This document shows positions 39,740 to 52,419 of a DNA stretch of 64,000 bases, in pieces. The stretch's first letter is position 1. Every line of letters starts with the position of its first letter. The notes under the pieces were generated by a model. It had not been told where the DNA came from. It did no database searches and worked only from the letters and a program-made list of their open reading frames with translations. The stretch is taken from NCBI GenBank assembly GCA_012295275.1, contig CM022677.1:9858001-9922000 (forward strand), given 5' to 3'. This DNA comes from Chrysomallon squamiferum (Eukaryota > Animalia > Mollusca). Made by a program: the position numbers and the translations under genes.

Positions 39740-40075
39740 GCCATCGTATTATTATGCAGTACAAATATTAACCGGTTGCTTATATTCACGTTCGGAATAT
39801 CTTATTCTGTTTTAACGAAAGTAAACGAGCGTTTCCGACACAGGCCACGAGCATCATACCGAAATGTGCCGAGAATTTCTTGAGTGGATAACCCAAGGGC
39901 AGGTCACTGCGTATTCAGCGAAGTATGTCTGTCTGGATTTGTGTTAGGTGGAAAATGTTATGACGGCATTTAATGAAATGTTGTAGTTTCCCGGGAGGTA
40001 GAGTGTGAGGACCGGAATGATAATTCATCGCCACTGTTTAGAATGAGAAGAAATGCATCTTTTGGGCGTTTGTTG
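39740..40075 (+). promoter_or_regulatory. CpG-rich promoter / first exon of an unidentified plus-strand gene
   Basis: GC- and CpG-enriched island ending in the strong donor TTG|gtgagt (40076). A possible start ATG at 40043 gives MRRNASFGRLL in phase 0. CpG density collapses downstream. Confidence 0.45.
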
Positions 40076-42744
40076 GTGAGTACTTTAGTTCTTCTTTGTC
40101 AGGTTCTCGTAGAGTGAACTATCGGCTGCTTTCTCAGTTTCTGCAGTTCCAAAAGATTAATACGGCATGAGATCATTTCTCAGTTTGGGATCGACAAAAT
40201 ACTTTACTTTAAAAATAATATTACATTTGGATATCTGCACCAACATGTAAGAGAATTTTGTCGTCTTTTAATATTTATTATATTATTTAATTTTAATTAA
40301 ATAATTTAAATATATATAGTTTTAAAAAGAATATACTTTAAATCTTTCAATGGCTAGATTACTCGGGGGGTTTTCTCAAAAATGTTTTCTTTATTTAGTC
40401 CTACTTTTTCATTCATGTATTATTTTTATTCTGTCTCTGTAATGACGAAACCATTCAAAGCCTTTGCCTCTGTACCTTAATTTTGGTAGTAATTTAAAAT
40501 AGTTGAAGAATAAGAAACGTTTATATATTTTTGTAATTTTAAATAACTTTAATAATAATTTGATTTGAGCACTAACCAAAATGCTTTATTCATCACTAAA
40601 TAATATACAATGTGATTTGAGAGAAACAAAGTAAAAAATAAATTAAAAAATAAAAATAACTTTTTGACTGATTATTTGAACAGTATTGCACTTCAGACAT
40701 ATACATAATATACGTATAATATACCTATACAGACTTATGTAACTTCAAAAAGGAGAACCTATCAAGTATATTTACACTTTATTTTTAGCATTTGTAGAAT
40801 GATTCAGTAATTGAGTTTTAAAACAAAATATGATTGGCCACTCACTAGAAGTAAGTCATCTTTACTAATACAAATGAAAAACATGACATAGATACTATAT
40901 ATAGTGTGAACAAAAAGAATAATTATTTGGTGAGCCCTTTTGATTTTTTGAATAAGGTATGGAATTGTATGTCTGTATGTCATAATGTTTTTTTGTTAAT
41001 AATATATGTGTGTGTGTGTGTGCGTGTGTGACTTTCATTGATGTGTGGTATTTTGCATCTGTGAATGTGTTTATTATATGTATATATATTCAGTATGTGG
41101 TTTTGATATATTAAGTTACTAAATGTCTGAGAACATCCTGGATACCCTCTCATCCTATAAAGTAATGAAGAACTGATGAAAATAGTTTGTGTATCTGCTG
41201 AGGCAGGCTGATTTTTATCAAGGTTTATTAGTCTGGTTTGTGTGTCCACATTAGACAAGGATTCTTATTTGCTGACTCAGCATTCCTTAGTTCACAGATT
41301 TCTTTGAGGCTATGCTTTATTGTGTTAGCAAAATGTTGTTTGCTTATTACGTTTTGAAGCTTGAGATTGATGTTACATAAATATTACATAAAATATTTTT
41401 TCTTATTTACTTTTGTCTTATTGAAGAGAACTTTTTTTATTATTATTTTTTAATTAATTATATATGTTTATTAGAAAAATCACTGAGCTTGTTTACATTT
41501 GTGATAAACAGGTTGTTTTATTAATATTATATATATATATTTTATTAAAGATAATTGATACTAATGCATTTTAATTAAAGTATATGTTAAACTAATTTAA
41601 AGTCAGTTTTGTAGTGATTATTAATGTCAATGATATGATATATAATATTATTAAAAAGTATATTATTTGCTTAATAGTTTTTACTTGAATAATATTTATT
41701 TTTGTTAGAATATGTTAATGTTTACTTTTTGCTGATTTTTTTGTCTTATAATTTTAGAAATGTTTAATTATTTTTATATATATATATATATATATACATT
41801 TTGTCACATATTATAAATGAATTTGCTCATTACTAAATATATATATGGTCTGTTTAGCATAATGATCTAAGCTGTTATTTAACAAAGATTCCATTTTAAT
41901 ATAAAAAAATCCAAACAAGTGAAGTAGTAAATTATTTGTTAATTTACTTTTTATGATGATTTTATAACTTCATAATAAAACATTTTTAATATTGAAAACA
42001 AAACAAGTAAACATAAAACATTTTTAAATTTAATCTGTGAGTGTGTTTATGCTGAATACTGTAACATCATGAGAAATAAATAAAAAACTGGCTCACACTG
42101 GTCTGATTTTGTAATCATAAACATATGATGGTTTGCTGAAAAGGTGTATAGTTGAATGATAATTCACTGATTCTGATGTCAGGTCAGGAGGTCAGTCCTA
42201 CTCTGTAATGTATATAGAAACTCATTTTTTTATCATTGTTTATCTAATGCAGTGGTATTTGCACTTTGCCAGAATAAAAAACAACAAAACAAACAACCCC
42301 CCCTTCTTAACATAATCATAGTTTGTTTCTGGGTAAGCAGGCTGTATCAGAGACTGCACAATTCCATGTTGGATATTTTTTCAATTCCAACTAAAACTCA
42401 TTACAAAAAGTTTTTGCTGCTCAGAAAATATGTAAACTAAATATTAATAAAGATGTAGTAGCACACACATATATATATTTCAAAAATATCTAACTGTAGA
42501 TATTACAGATCAGTTTGTCAGATGTAGTTGGTAAGATTTACCTCTAAAAATTATGATGATATTTGAGAAGAAATAATGTATATATCTGTATTTGATGTCT
42601 GTCTAATAATCATTAATACTAAAATGTGCCTATGGACGTTTAATCAAATATTCATAGATTCATTTTGTTTTTAGTTTGTGGTTTGTTTGATCAATAATAG
42701 AAAATTATAGTGTTATTGCTTTGGGATTATAAAGTAAACAAATG

Positions 42745-42950
42745 AGGCAGTCACTGTCTCAGTGATTGGAGTGTGTGGCTGGGGAACAGGAGTTTGCTGG
42801 ATCGATACTCCTAGCCATAGACTACAGCAAAATTATCAAACATCACAAATATGTGCTTTCTTTTCACTGGAAATACATATACAGGTACCTGACCAATTAT
42901 CCTGACTCCTTGGGGCTTGAGGCATTCCAGATTTCTGGATTTTCCAGTAA
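42745..42950 (+). mobile_element. Degenerate tRNA-derived SINE
   Basis: A-box-like tgtctcagtgattgg, B-box-like ggatcgatact, and downstream caggtacctgac resembling the conserved central cores of invertebrate SINEs. Confidence 0.45.
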
Positions 42951-45318
42951 TCAGTAGAAGTCAGCAAGTAATTTTTTTTTTTTATGTTATTACTTTATGA
43001 TTCATATTTATATGGTAGCCATACAAATTTATATTTAAAAGAGAGATGCATATGTGGGATCCTTTAGTTGCTGCAGAAATTATCTTTCTCTCTGTTCTCT
43101 CAGAGGATTTGAAATAATTGATATATTGGAATGTTCTTATTACATACTTCTTTGATTTTCTTAACACATGAATTGTTTTCAGTTAGCCAGATACGTTCTG
43201 CAGATTACCATATGTTTTACAATTACTTATTTATATAAATAAATAATTACACTTTTAATATAAAATAGTTTTAAACCTGCCTATAATCATTAAATAAGTA
43301 GAGTTTATCTTTTTAATGGAACCATAATGCTGCAGTATTTCTGAATCTCTTTGAAATAAATTAGAGTGGATGACTGGCAATACTTCACTGAATTAAGAAG
43401 TAAGTGTATACTGAAATATATATTTTTAAATAACTATTGCAAATAGCAATATTATGACAGGTTACACAGTAAATTAGCATTGAAAACATTTTTCAGTAGT
43501 TATATGTTCTCTTAGGATAAAACAAACAAAAATAATAATAAAAAACAAACCCAACCAGTGGGAAGGCTGTAAAATTGAATCCCCCTAAGAAATCAAGAAA
43601 ATAAAACCATTTGAAAATAAAACTATATACCTTTGAAAAATTTATATTTTACAGATTTTAAGATAATTTTTTTTATTAAAAGATGGGTAAAGTCCTGATG
43701 TTTTAAATAAACTGTGGGATACTTGTTGCAGTTTTAACAAAAGACTGTAATACAGTAGTAGCTGACTGATGTGGATTATAATAATCTTCTTGTATTAAAT
43801 ATCTGTCACAGGAACCTACCTCTGTATATCACACCACTCTGTAAATATTTTAAAAATGTACCTTTGAGAGTATCAGTTGCTTATTTTTTAAATATATACT
43901 CTACTTCAGTATGTAATTAGGAAAACATCTTTATTTTGTGAGAGTTTATTACCTGTTATTCTAATAAGCTCAATGTAATAAGGTTTATGGTTTTATAAAT
44001 ACAAGGTGAAGAGTTCAAACCCATTAAAATCATGTAGGAAGCTATATATTGCAAAATAAAAAAGTGAAATATGTTTTTATTAGTGGTATCATTAGCTTTC
44101 TTTTTCTCATTTTCTGAAAGCAAATATATGTGAGTGAAAATTAACATAAAAATGGTATCTCTTTTTATACAGTCATATATATATATATATATACATATAC
44201 ACACACACACACACATAAATAAATATTTTTTCACTGCGTTACCACCTATAAATTGAATGTTTCTCTCTCTCTCACACACATCCACAAAGCCAAACAAACA
44301 CATAGACACAAAACACATAACCTCATAAACATATACACAAACACAAGCAGAAGAGTATGGGTGCAAATTAACAATCTGTATAGATTTATTTGATTTATTG
44401 ATTGTTAAATTAATTTATATAAGGAACATCTTGCTACAGTGTTTACATGTTAATTAATACTTGTAATGAGTTGCCAGTCACACACAGTATTATGTGAGAG
44501 TATGAATGTTGAATTAATTATTTCAGTACTGGGATGAAACACCCCCAGCTGTAACAACTATTGTTTATTTTAATTTCATTGATGACTAATCACTGATCAG
44601 AAATTCTGTGTGTGTGTGTGTGGTAAATGGTTTTTCTCTGTTTTTCAACTGATACAAATATATTTTGAGGCAGTAGGTTAAAATATGTTCACTATTAGAC
44701 TGAAGCTATAACTAGAGATAATGGAGTTGATGTTGCTCCGGATGTTACATCAGACTCTCTGAAAGGACCTAGTTGATCTGTTTCTAGTTCCAGCTAGTAC
44801 TGTTCAGCTAGTACAACAGAGGTGTTATTTTGTTATTCTCAGTGTGATAGGTGAGTTGCTGCACACCAAACAAAATGATAATTTTATGATCAATATTAAC
44901 TTAACATAATCAGGAGTCATAATGGGATTCTAATATTTCTGGGTTATGAAATATTGTGAAATGTTCTTACACAGCACTGGCACTGATATGGCACTGGCAA
45001 AAGTGACAAAAGTTTGGCTGAAGGGTGAGCAATATTCCATCAGCATATCCTGAGACCATATCCACCATACATCACTGATCTGTCACATCAGTGGAATGGA
45101 CTGTTAGCCTGTAAATAAAAAATTATAATTATAAATTTCTCACACAAAATGAATGAAGTAAACACTCTCAAACAGCTCTGCTGAGTGAGCACTTACTTAC
45201 ATTACAAAGGCATTGTGTTTCCTGTAAAATATTAATTAGTGATTTGAAACGGATGTTTATCTGATTGCTCTCTCTTGCTCACTCGTTTTTTGTGTGTGTA
45301 CAGATATGTTTGTGTATG

Positions 45319-45359
<41 letters not shown>

Positions 45360-45738
45360 TGGTGATGGTTATAAAAGGCTGGGAATATAATGAATTTTAC
45401 AGCTATTAATAGTAATATTTTACCCAGGTGTATGTAATTCGTTACAACAGATGTGGATTTTATCTTTTGCAATAATTTATAACATTAGTAAAATTTCATT
45501 ATTATTATTATTATAATTATTATTATTATTATTATTTTATTTTTTAATTTTTTAATTTATTTTGTACTTAAATGTAATCAATATATATGAAAACAAAAGT
45601 TTACACATACTGTATAATTTATTGTATTATCGAGAACAGTCAACTTTAGACAGAATCAATAAAAAAAAAGTCAAGTGACAAAGTAGTTCAGCTGAACACC
45701 TAACTGTAATGTCCTCCCTGTATGTACTTATCAGGTAA

Positions 45739-45752
45739 GTTTCCATGGAAAC
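45739..45752. promoter_or_regulatory. Perfect palindromic RFX X-box
   Basis: GTTTCCATGGAAAC matches GTTNCCATGGNAAC. Nearby half-sites are GTTGCTA (~45775) and TTGCTAGG (~45827). Confidence 0.55.
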
Positions 45753-45952
45753 GTTGATAGTTGGCTGATTATGGGTTGCTAAGTGTTATGTAATGAATCA
45801 GAGGGTGAATGTGTTAGTTCTGCAGATTGCTAGGGCTTGTATCAAAACATCGAAATTAGGCTCACCTCTAAGGTCGAGGACATCAAGGAAACACCATAGA
45901 CATAATTTCTGTAACAGAGGCAGGAATGTTAATGTTTTCTTAATATTAAAAA

Positions 45953-46180
45953 AGTAGAAAAGATAATGCAAATAAAGTAGAAAAGATAATGCAAATAAAG
46001 CAGAAAAGATAATACTAATAAAGCAGAAAAGATAATAATATTAATAATATAGAAAAGATAAAATAAATAAAATGATAACAAGTAATTTTAACAAATGATA
46101 ACAAGTAATGTTAATAAAGTGATAATCAGTGACATTAAAAAAAGATAAGTAACATTAATAAAGTGATAACAAGTAACAGT
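45953..46180. repeat. Short degenerate tandem repeats (~24 bp)
   Basis: agaaaagataatgcaaataaag x3-4, followed by tgataacaagtaa variants. Confidence 0.7.
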
Positions 46181-47202
46181 TATAAAAAATTAGAATATCA
46201 GTAAACAGTATTAATGCAATTATGGAAATGTTAATTATGTTTATAAAAACTCAAATCAAATGTGAAAAAAAGAATTAGGACAATTAATTATAGATATTTG
46301 GCAGGTTAATTTTAAAAGAGGAGAGATATTAATGAAGTACTAAAAATAAAGATACATAATAAAGTCTGGACAGTTATATTAATATTTAAAAGTAGTGAAT
46401 ATTAAAGAACATTCATTTACTGAAGTGATTGCTAGTAAGGAAATAAATACTGGGAATTAAAAAGAAAAACAATTAGTGACATGAAGAAATTATTACAAAT
46501 CATGATAAAGGAGTACTTAGAAATTATTAACTTAGTTTAGAGAATGGTCCTTTAAAGAAAATTTATAAAATACTTAATCATTTGAACTTTTTATACTGGG
46601 TTTGCAGGTTTTTGGCTGGATTCTAAAACATTTTGGATGAAATATCTTGACATACAAGAGCTATTTATTCTTGGCTTAGAAACTATATATTTTATGGCCA
46701 GTAAAAACATAAATTATATTTTCTCTACAGCCCAGAATTGATAGTGTGCTGCTAAATTTAATGTGAGAAACAAAACTGGAGGAAAACATTTTTAGAAGAA
46801 AAAAAAAAAAAAATTTTTTTTACATTGTATATACAGAAAAAAAAAATGCTGTTTTCAAACTTTTTGTTGAAGTTCTTAAATTTCATGGTTGTAGTTCTTT
46901 TTTATTTACTTTTTATAGTTTTATCTTTTTATTATTTATTTTTTAAATGTGGTTATTCAAGCTAAACAGGTTAAATCATTTCCTTTATAAATATTAATGA
47001 AATGGGTGGAAATATATATGGAGTGGAAAATATAATACAAATACATTAGGAAATTTAATGCTAATAAAATAGAAAAGAATAATATGGCAGAGTGTTGAAA
47101 AATAATATTAATAAACTCACCAAAATAATAACAATAGAAGGTGCATAGCTATATGCATGTATAAAGATAGTGCAAACATTTTAATATATTTGATTGTTTA
47201 AT

Positions 47203-48232
47203 TACAGTCTGTGTCAGGATAACTGGTTTCAGACAACTGTCTATAACAGGATAACTAGAATGTTAGATGACAGTCTGTGTCAGGATGACTAGATTCAGAC
47301 AACTGTCTATAACAGGATAACTAGAATATTATATGACAGTGTGTGTCAGGGTAACTAGATTCAGACAACTGTCTATAACAGAATGTATAATTAGAATGTT
47401 AGATAACAGTGTGTGTCAGGATGACTAGATTCAGACAACTGTCTATAACAGGATGTATAATTAGAATATTAGATGACAGTCTGTGTCAGGATGACTAGAT
47501 TGAGACAACTTACTGTGTATAACAGGATAACTAGAATATTAGATAACAGTGTGTATCAGGATGACTAGATTCAGACAACTGTGTATAACAGGATAACTAG
47601 AATATTAGATAACAGTGTGTGTCAGGATGACAAGATTCAGACAACTTACTGTGTATAACAGGTAACTAGAATATTAGATGACAGTCTGTGTCAGGATGAC
47701 TAGATTCAGACAACTGTCTATAACAGGATAACTAGAATATTAGATAACAGTGTGTGTCAGGATGACTAGATTCAGACAACTGTGTATAACAGGATAACTA
47801 GAATATTAGATAACAGTGTGTGTCAGGATGACTAGATTCAGACAACTTACTGTGTATAACAGGGTAACTAGAATGTTAGATGACAGTCTGTGTCAGGATG
47901 ACTAGATTCAGACAACTGTGTATAACAGGATAACTAGAATATTAGATAACAGTGTGTGTCAGGATGACTAGATTCAGACAACTTACTGTGTATAACAGGG
48001 TAACTAGAATGTTAGATGACAGTCTGTGTCAGGATGACTAGATTCAGACAACTTACTGTGTATAACAGGGTAACTAGAATGTTAGATGACAGTCTGTGTC
48101 AGGATGACTAGATTCAGACAACTTACTGTGTATAACAGGGTAACTAGAATGTTAGATGACAGTCTGACAGGATGACTAGATTCAGACAACTTACTGTCTA
48201 TAGTAGGATAACTAAGATGTTAGATGATAGTG
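47203..48232. repeat. Minisatellite, 66/70 bp unit, ~15 copies
   Basis: gacagtctgtgtcaggatgactagattcagacaac(ttac)tgtgtataacaggataactagaatattagat. Confidence 0.95.
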
Positions 48233-50599
48233 AGGATAATTAAATTCACACTAGATATCAGTAGAAAGTGATATAATAGTTTGAGGATAAATGAATAAAC
48301 AGAATACTTTCAGTAGTTACAGCTGTTCTACACAAACAAATCTCAAAGTAAATAAAGAACACAGCAGTTTAGGTCCAGCAAACAGCCTTGTCTGTTTGAC
48401 AGCATGTTTTTAAAAATACTCTTAATGTGTTATTTATTTGACAGATTATAGAATCAGACATACACATACTTACATACTTATTCACACATCTGCATTACTG
48501 ACACAAAGTACAAATTCAGTGCACAACTCATAAAAAACTACATTCACAAAGTAGTTATAATATGTATGCATATTTACAGTCATCCACACACACATGGTAA
48601 AACAAAATTCAATAAAAAAAATATACAAATGCATACAAATAAAAATCTATAGCATCACACAACAAAATGTATGTTAAAAACTGCCTGCTGTTAAAGTTTT
48701 ATCTATTGCATGACACATGCTCTGTTGACTTTAAAAAAGATGTCTCATTTATATTGTTTATATCTTACTGTATTAAATAGAACTGTGTTAAGAGACTATG
48801 CTAAAATGAATTGATGCTAAGACACCACACTAGGGCACCAGACAGTATATAAAATATTATCTGGCAGAATTCTGACATTATTTATTTGACTGATGCTGTG
48901 ATATATAGGGCTTATCAGTGTCATGCATAAAGCATAGTTGTATTTATATCTAATATAACACAGAGTTGACACTGCCACAGGTCATGACCCAAGTTGCTAA
49001 TGGTTACTGAGAGTTCAAGGGACCCTGGGGCCAAGAATTTGGTCCCTGTGTACCTATTTACATAATGCTTGCAGTGTGTGTTGCGACTTACATTAGTCTC
49101 TCTCTCTCTCTCTCTGAAAGTGTGATATACATATGAAATTTTTGCATTGTGTGAATGTGTGTGAGCATCTGATGTGGATGATTGAGTGCTTCTGCATGTG
49201 TTTAAATTATTCTCTTGACGTTGTTCAAGATTAGAAAAAGAGTGAAAATATCAATGTAATCATTAAATAGAAACATCCTGTATAATTTTTACTACATGAA
49301 AGTTTACTTAAATTTCTCTTCAAAAAAAAATAAAATAGTTGATTTAAATCGAAGACTGGTTTTAGAGTTTTTAATAATCCGAAAGTTAAATTTGTGTTTT
49401 TACCACTAATTGATTTTTATTTTTATTTTATTTTTGGACCTATATGTTTATATTTTCTATATATCTATATATTTTTTTAATGTCTGTAATATTATTTGAG
49501 TAAATGTTATTTCTTATTGTAGAAATAGTGTTTATAGTGGTTATAGTAATGGTTCTAGTCTTGTTCATCTAGATATAGAGTAATATTAGTTGTATTAGTA
49601 ATGGTATTAGCAATATCAATTGTAGTAATATTAGTTGTAGTAGTAATAGTATTAATAGCAGTTGTAGTAGCAGTTGTTTTTATAACAGCAATAGTATTGT
49701 TCTTAGACATAGTAATTTTAATAGTAGTAGAACAGCAATATTTCTACTCGTCATAGTAATAATAGTGGTCCTAGTATTGGTCATACTAGTCTCAGGAGTA
49801 ATAGATGTAGATGCAGCCACAATCATAATACAGCAGGAGCAGAAACAGTTGTTGAAGCAATGTATTTCAGCAACAGATATAATTAGTGCTGTTGGTTACT
49901 AATATTAATTAGAGAATACATAAATAGAAACAGTAATAATATTTGTGTCAGCCATGGATGATTGTGTTATAAATTAAAACAGTAGAAAAATTGGGTTAGT
50001 TAAAACATATTTTCTGTCTAAAATTTTCTACAGGAAAAACACTTCTCGGCACTTCTCAGCTAGACTTCCCATACACCCATGATATCAGCAGATACAGTAG
50101 TAGCTGTACTTGTCAGAGTACTTGTAATATTAACAATAAACACATTAGTAATGTCAGCAGTGTAACAGAAGTTTCATTAGTAATAGAAACCTAGTTTAAC
50201 AGCAGTAACAGTAACAACTGCACTGTAGTAGTAGTAGTAGTAGTAGCAATAGCAGTAGCAGTAGCTGTGATAGTACTAGGAGTAGTGTTTGTAGTAATTT
50301 TAGTAGCATTTTTATTCTAGACAACAGGTATGTATAATTGTCAAGTCAAAACCAAGAACAAAAACAATAAATCTGATACTAATCCAATTAGTAATATTTC
50401 TCTATTACTACTGCTACTTCAGTACACTGCCTTTACTACTATTAGTACTATACAAACAGCTACATCTACTAATGCTATTACTTCTATATCTATTTGATTT
50501 CATTTTAGCAATTTAGTTGTATAAATGTGTGTCTGTTTTCATAGATACCTAGGTTCAAATAAATAATCAGCATGGTAGTAGAACCTGCTGTACTGTTGT

Positions 50600-51510
50600 A
50601 GTTGTGAAAAGAGAAGTAGTGATACTGTTAGTAGTAGTAGTAGAAATAATGCTAATATAGTTGTAATAATAGTAATAATAGTATCAGTAGTACTGGTAGT
50701 AATAGCAGTAGTAGTAGAAATAATGCTAATATAGTTGTACTTACAGTAATACTAGTATCAGTAGTAATGGTAGTAGTAGTAGAAATAATGCTAATATAGT
50801 TGTACTAATAGTAATAATAGTATGAGTAGTAATGGTAGTTACAGTAGTAGTAATAGAAATAATGCTGATATTGTACTAATAGTAATACTAGTACCAGTAG
50901 TAAAAATAATGTTGATATAGTTGTACTAATAGTAATAATAGTATCAGTAGTAGTTACAGTAGTAGTAGAAATAATGCTGGTATAGTTGTACCTACTAATA
51001 ATAATAGTATCAGTAGTAGTAGTAGTAGACATAATGCTGATATAGGTGTACTAATAGTAATAATAGTATCAGTAGTAATAGTAGTAGTAGTAGTAGTAGA
51101 CATAATGCTGATATAGGTGTACTAATAGTAATAATAGTATGAGTAGTAATGGTAGTTACAGTAGTAGTAATAGAAATAATGCTGATATTGTACTAATAGT
51201 AATACTAGTACCAGTAGTAATGGCAGTAGTAGTAAAAATAATGTTGATATAGTTGTACTAATAGTAATAATAGTATCAGTAGTAGTTACAGTAGTAGTAG
51301 AAATAATGCTGGTATAGTTGTACTACTACTACTAATAGTAGCAGTAGTAATAGTAGTAGTAGTAGTAGAAGACATAATGCTCATATAGGTGTACTAATAG
51401 CAATAATAGGATCAGTAGTAGTTACAGTAGTAGTAGAAATAATGCACATATAGGAGTACTAATATTAGTAACAATAGCAGTAGTAGTAATACTGATATAG
51501 TTGTAATAGT
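50600..51510. repeat. Degenerate AGT-rich minisatellite (~50-60 bp units) with an internal block duplication
   Basis: Recurrent agaaataatgct..tatagttgtactaatagtaataatagtatcagtagta. The segment ~50800-50990 is repeated at ~51120-51325. Confidence 0.85.
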
Positions 51511-52419
51511 TTCATTCATTGTAATAATTACAGTAGTATATGCTACTATTAGCAAGTTGTTGAAGTTATAGTTGTATAATAGAGGTAGAATATGTATTTG
51601 GAAAACTGTTATGATAATGATGATTATTATTATTTAATTCTGTTTTTAATCAAATGATATTATTTTAAATGAAGTGACAAGGTTTTGAGATGGCCCCTCA
51701 CAAAACAAAACTGACTTTTCTACAAAGCTGTTTTGCCAATTCTGAACCTGCTACATGTATTTCTATCACACTTCCTATAATTTCTCTTTGTACTTTAAAT
51801 TTCTCTACTAGACTGTCTACCTGGTTATTTCTTTTGTATTATAATTACAGAGTTTAATTATTATTTATAGTGTGTTAAAAGTATTTTCATAAAAATGTAT
51901 TTACTTAACCAATATAAAATTATATAAATTTATAATGATTTAAACTATTGAGTTATAAAATATAACAAAATATTTAAATGTACTTTTATTATTATTTTAT
52001 ATTTGTTATTTTTTGTTATGTTTAAATTATTTATAAACCTCAGTTCCATACTTGTATTTTTCTTCTTTTTCTCTATTTTTATGTATAAGTATTTTATTAA
52101 ATGAAACATCTATGTATATGGTCCACACAGTAAAATGTCTACTAATCAATTAATTATAAGCTTATAAAATGTTATTTTTGTTGTACTGATAATAAAATAA
52201 TTACTCTCTATTTTTCTCTGTGTTTTGTCTGTCTTGGAGAGAGAGAGAGTGTGTGTGTGCATGTGTGTGTGTTAGATTAAAAACAAGTGTTAACAAGCTG
52301 ATGTGCAGTAGTGTAGACTAAGTTGCACTGTGTTGTTTCTGCTGTGTACTATCACCTGCAGGCTGCACATTCAGCTTTACTTTAAATAAAACTGCAGTCA
52401 TAAATCTTTTTCATATTGT

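Noticed and set aside
44988-45010. miR-183/263-like TATGGCACTGG
   Set aside because: Only the 5' half matches and there is no complementary star arm.
44940-45108. Selenoprotein-type read-through of two in-frame TGA codons on the minus strand
   Set aside because: There is no recognisable selenoprotein motif or convincing SECIS element.
47286-47300. miR-279-like TGACTAGAT in the minisatellite
   Set aside because: The match is seed-length only, inside a tandem repeat with no precursor hairpin.
51712-51840. Open minus-strand frame YKRNNQVDSLVEKFKVQREIIG...
   Set aside because: It has no good acceptor and is more likely a retroelement scrap. Too weak to annotate.
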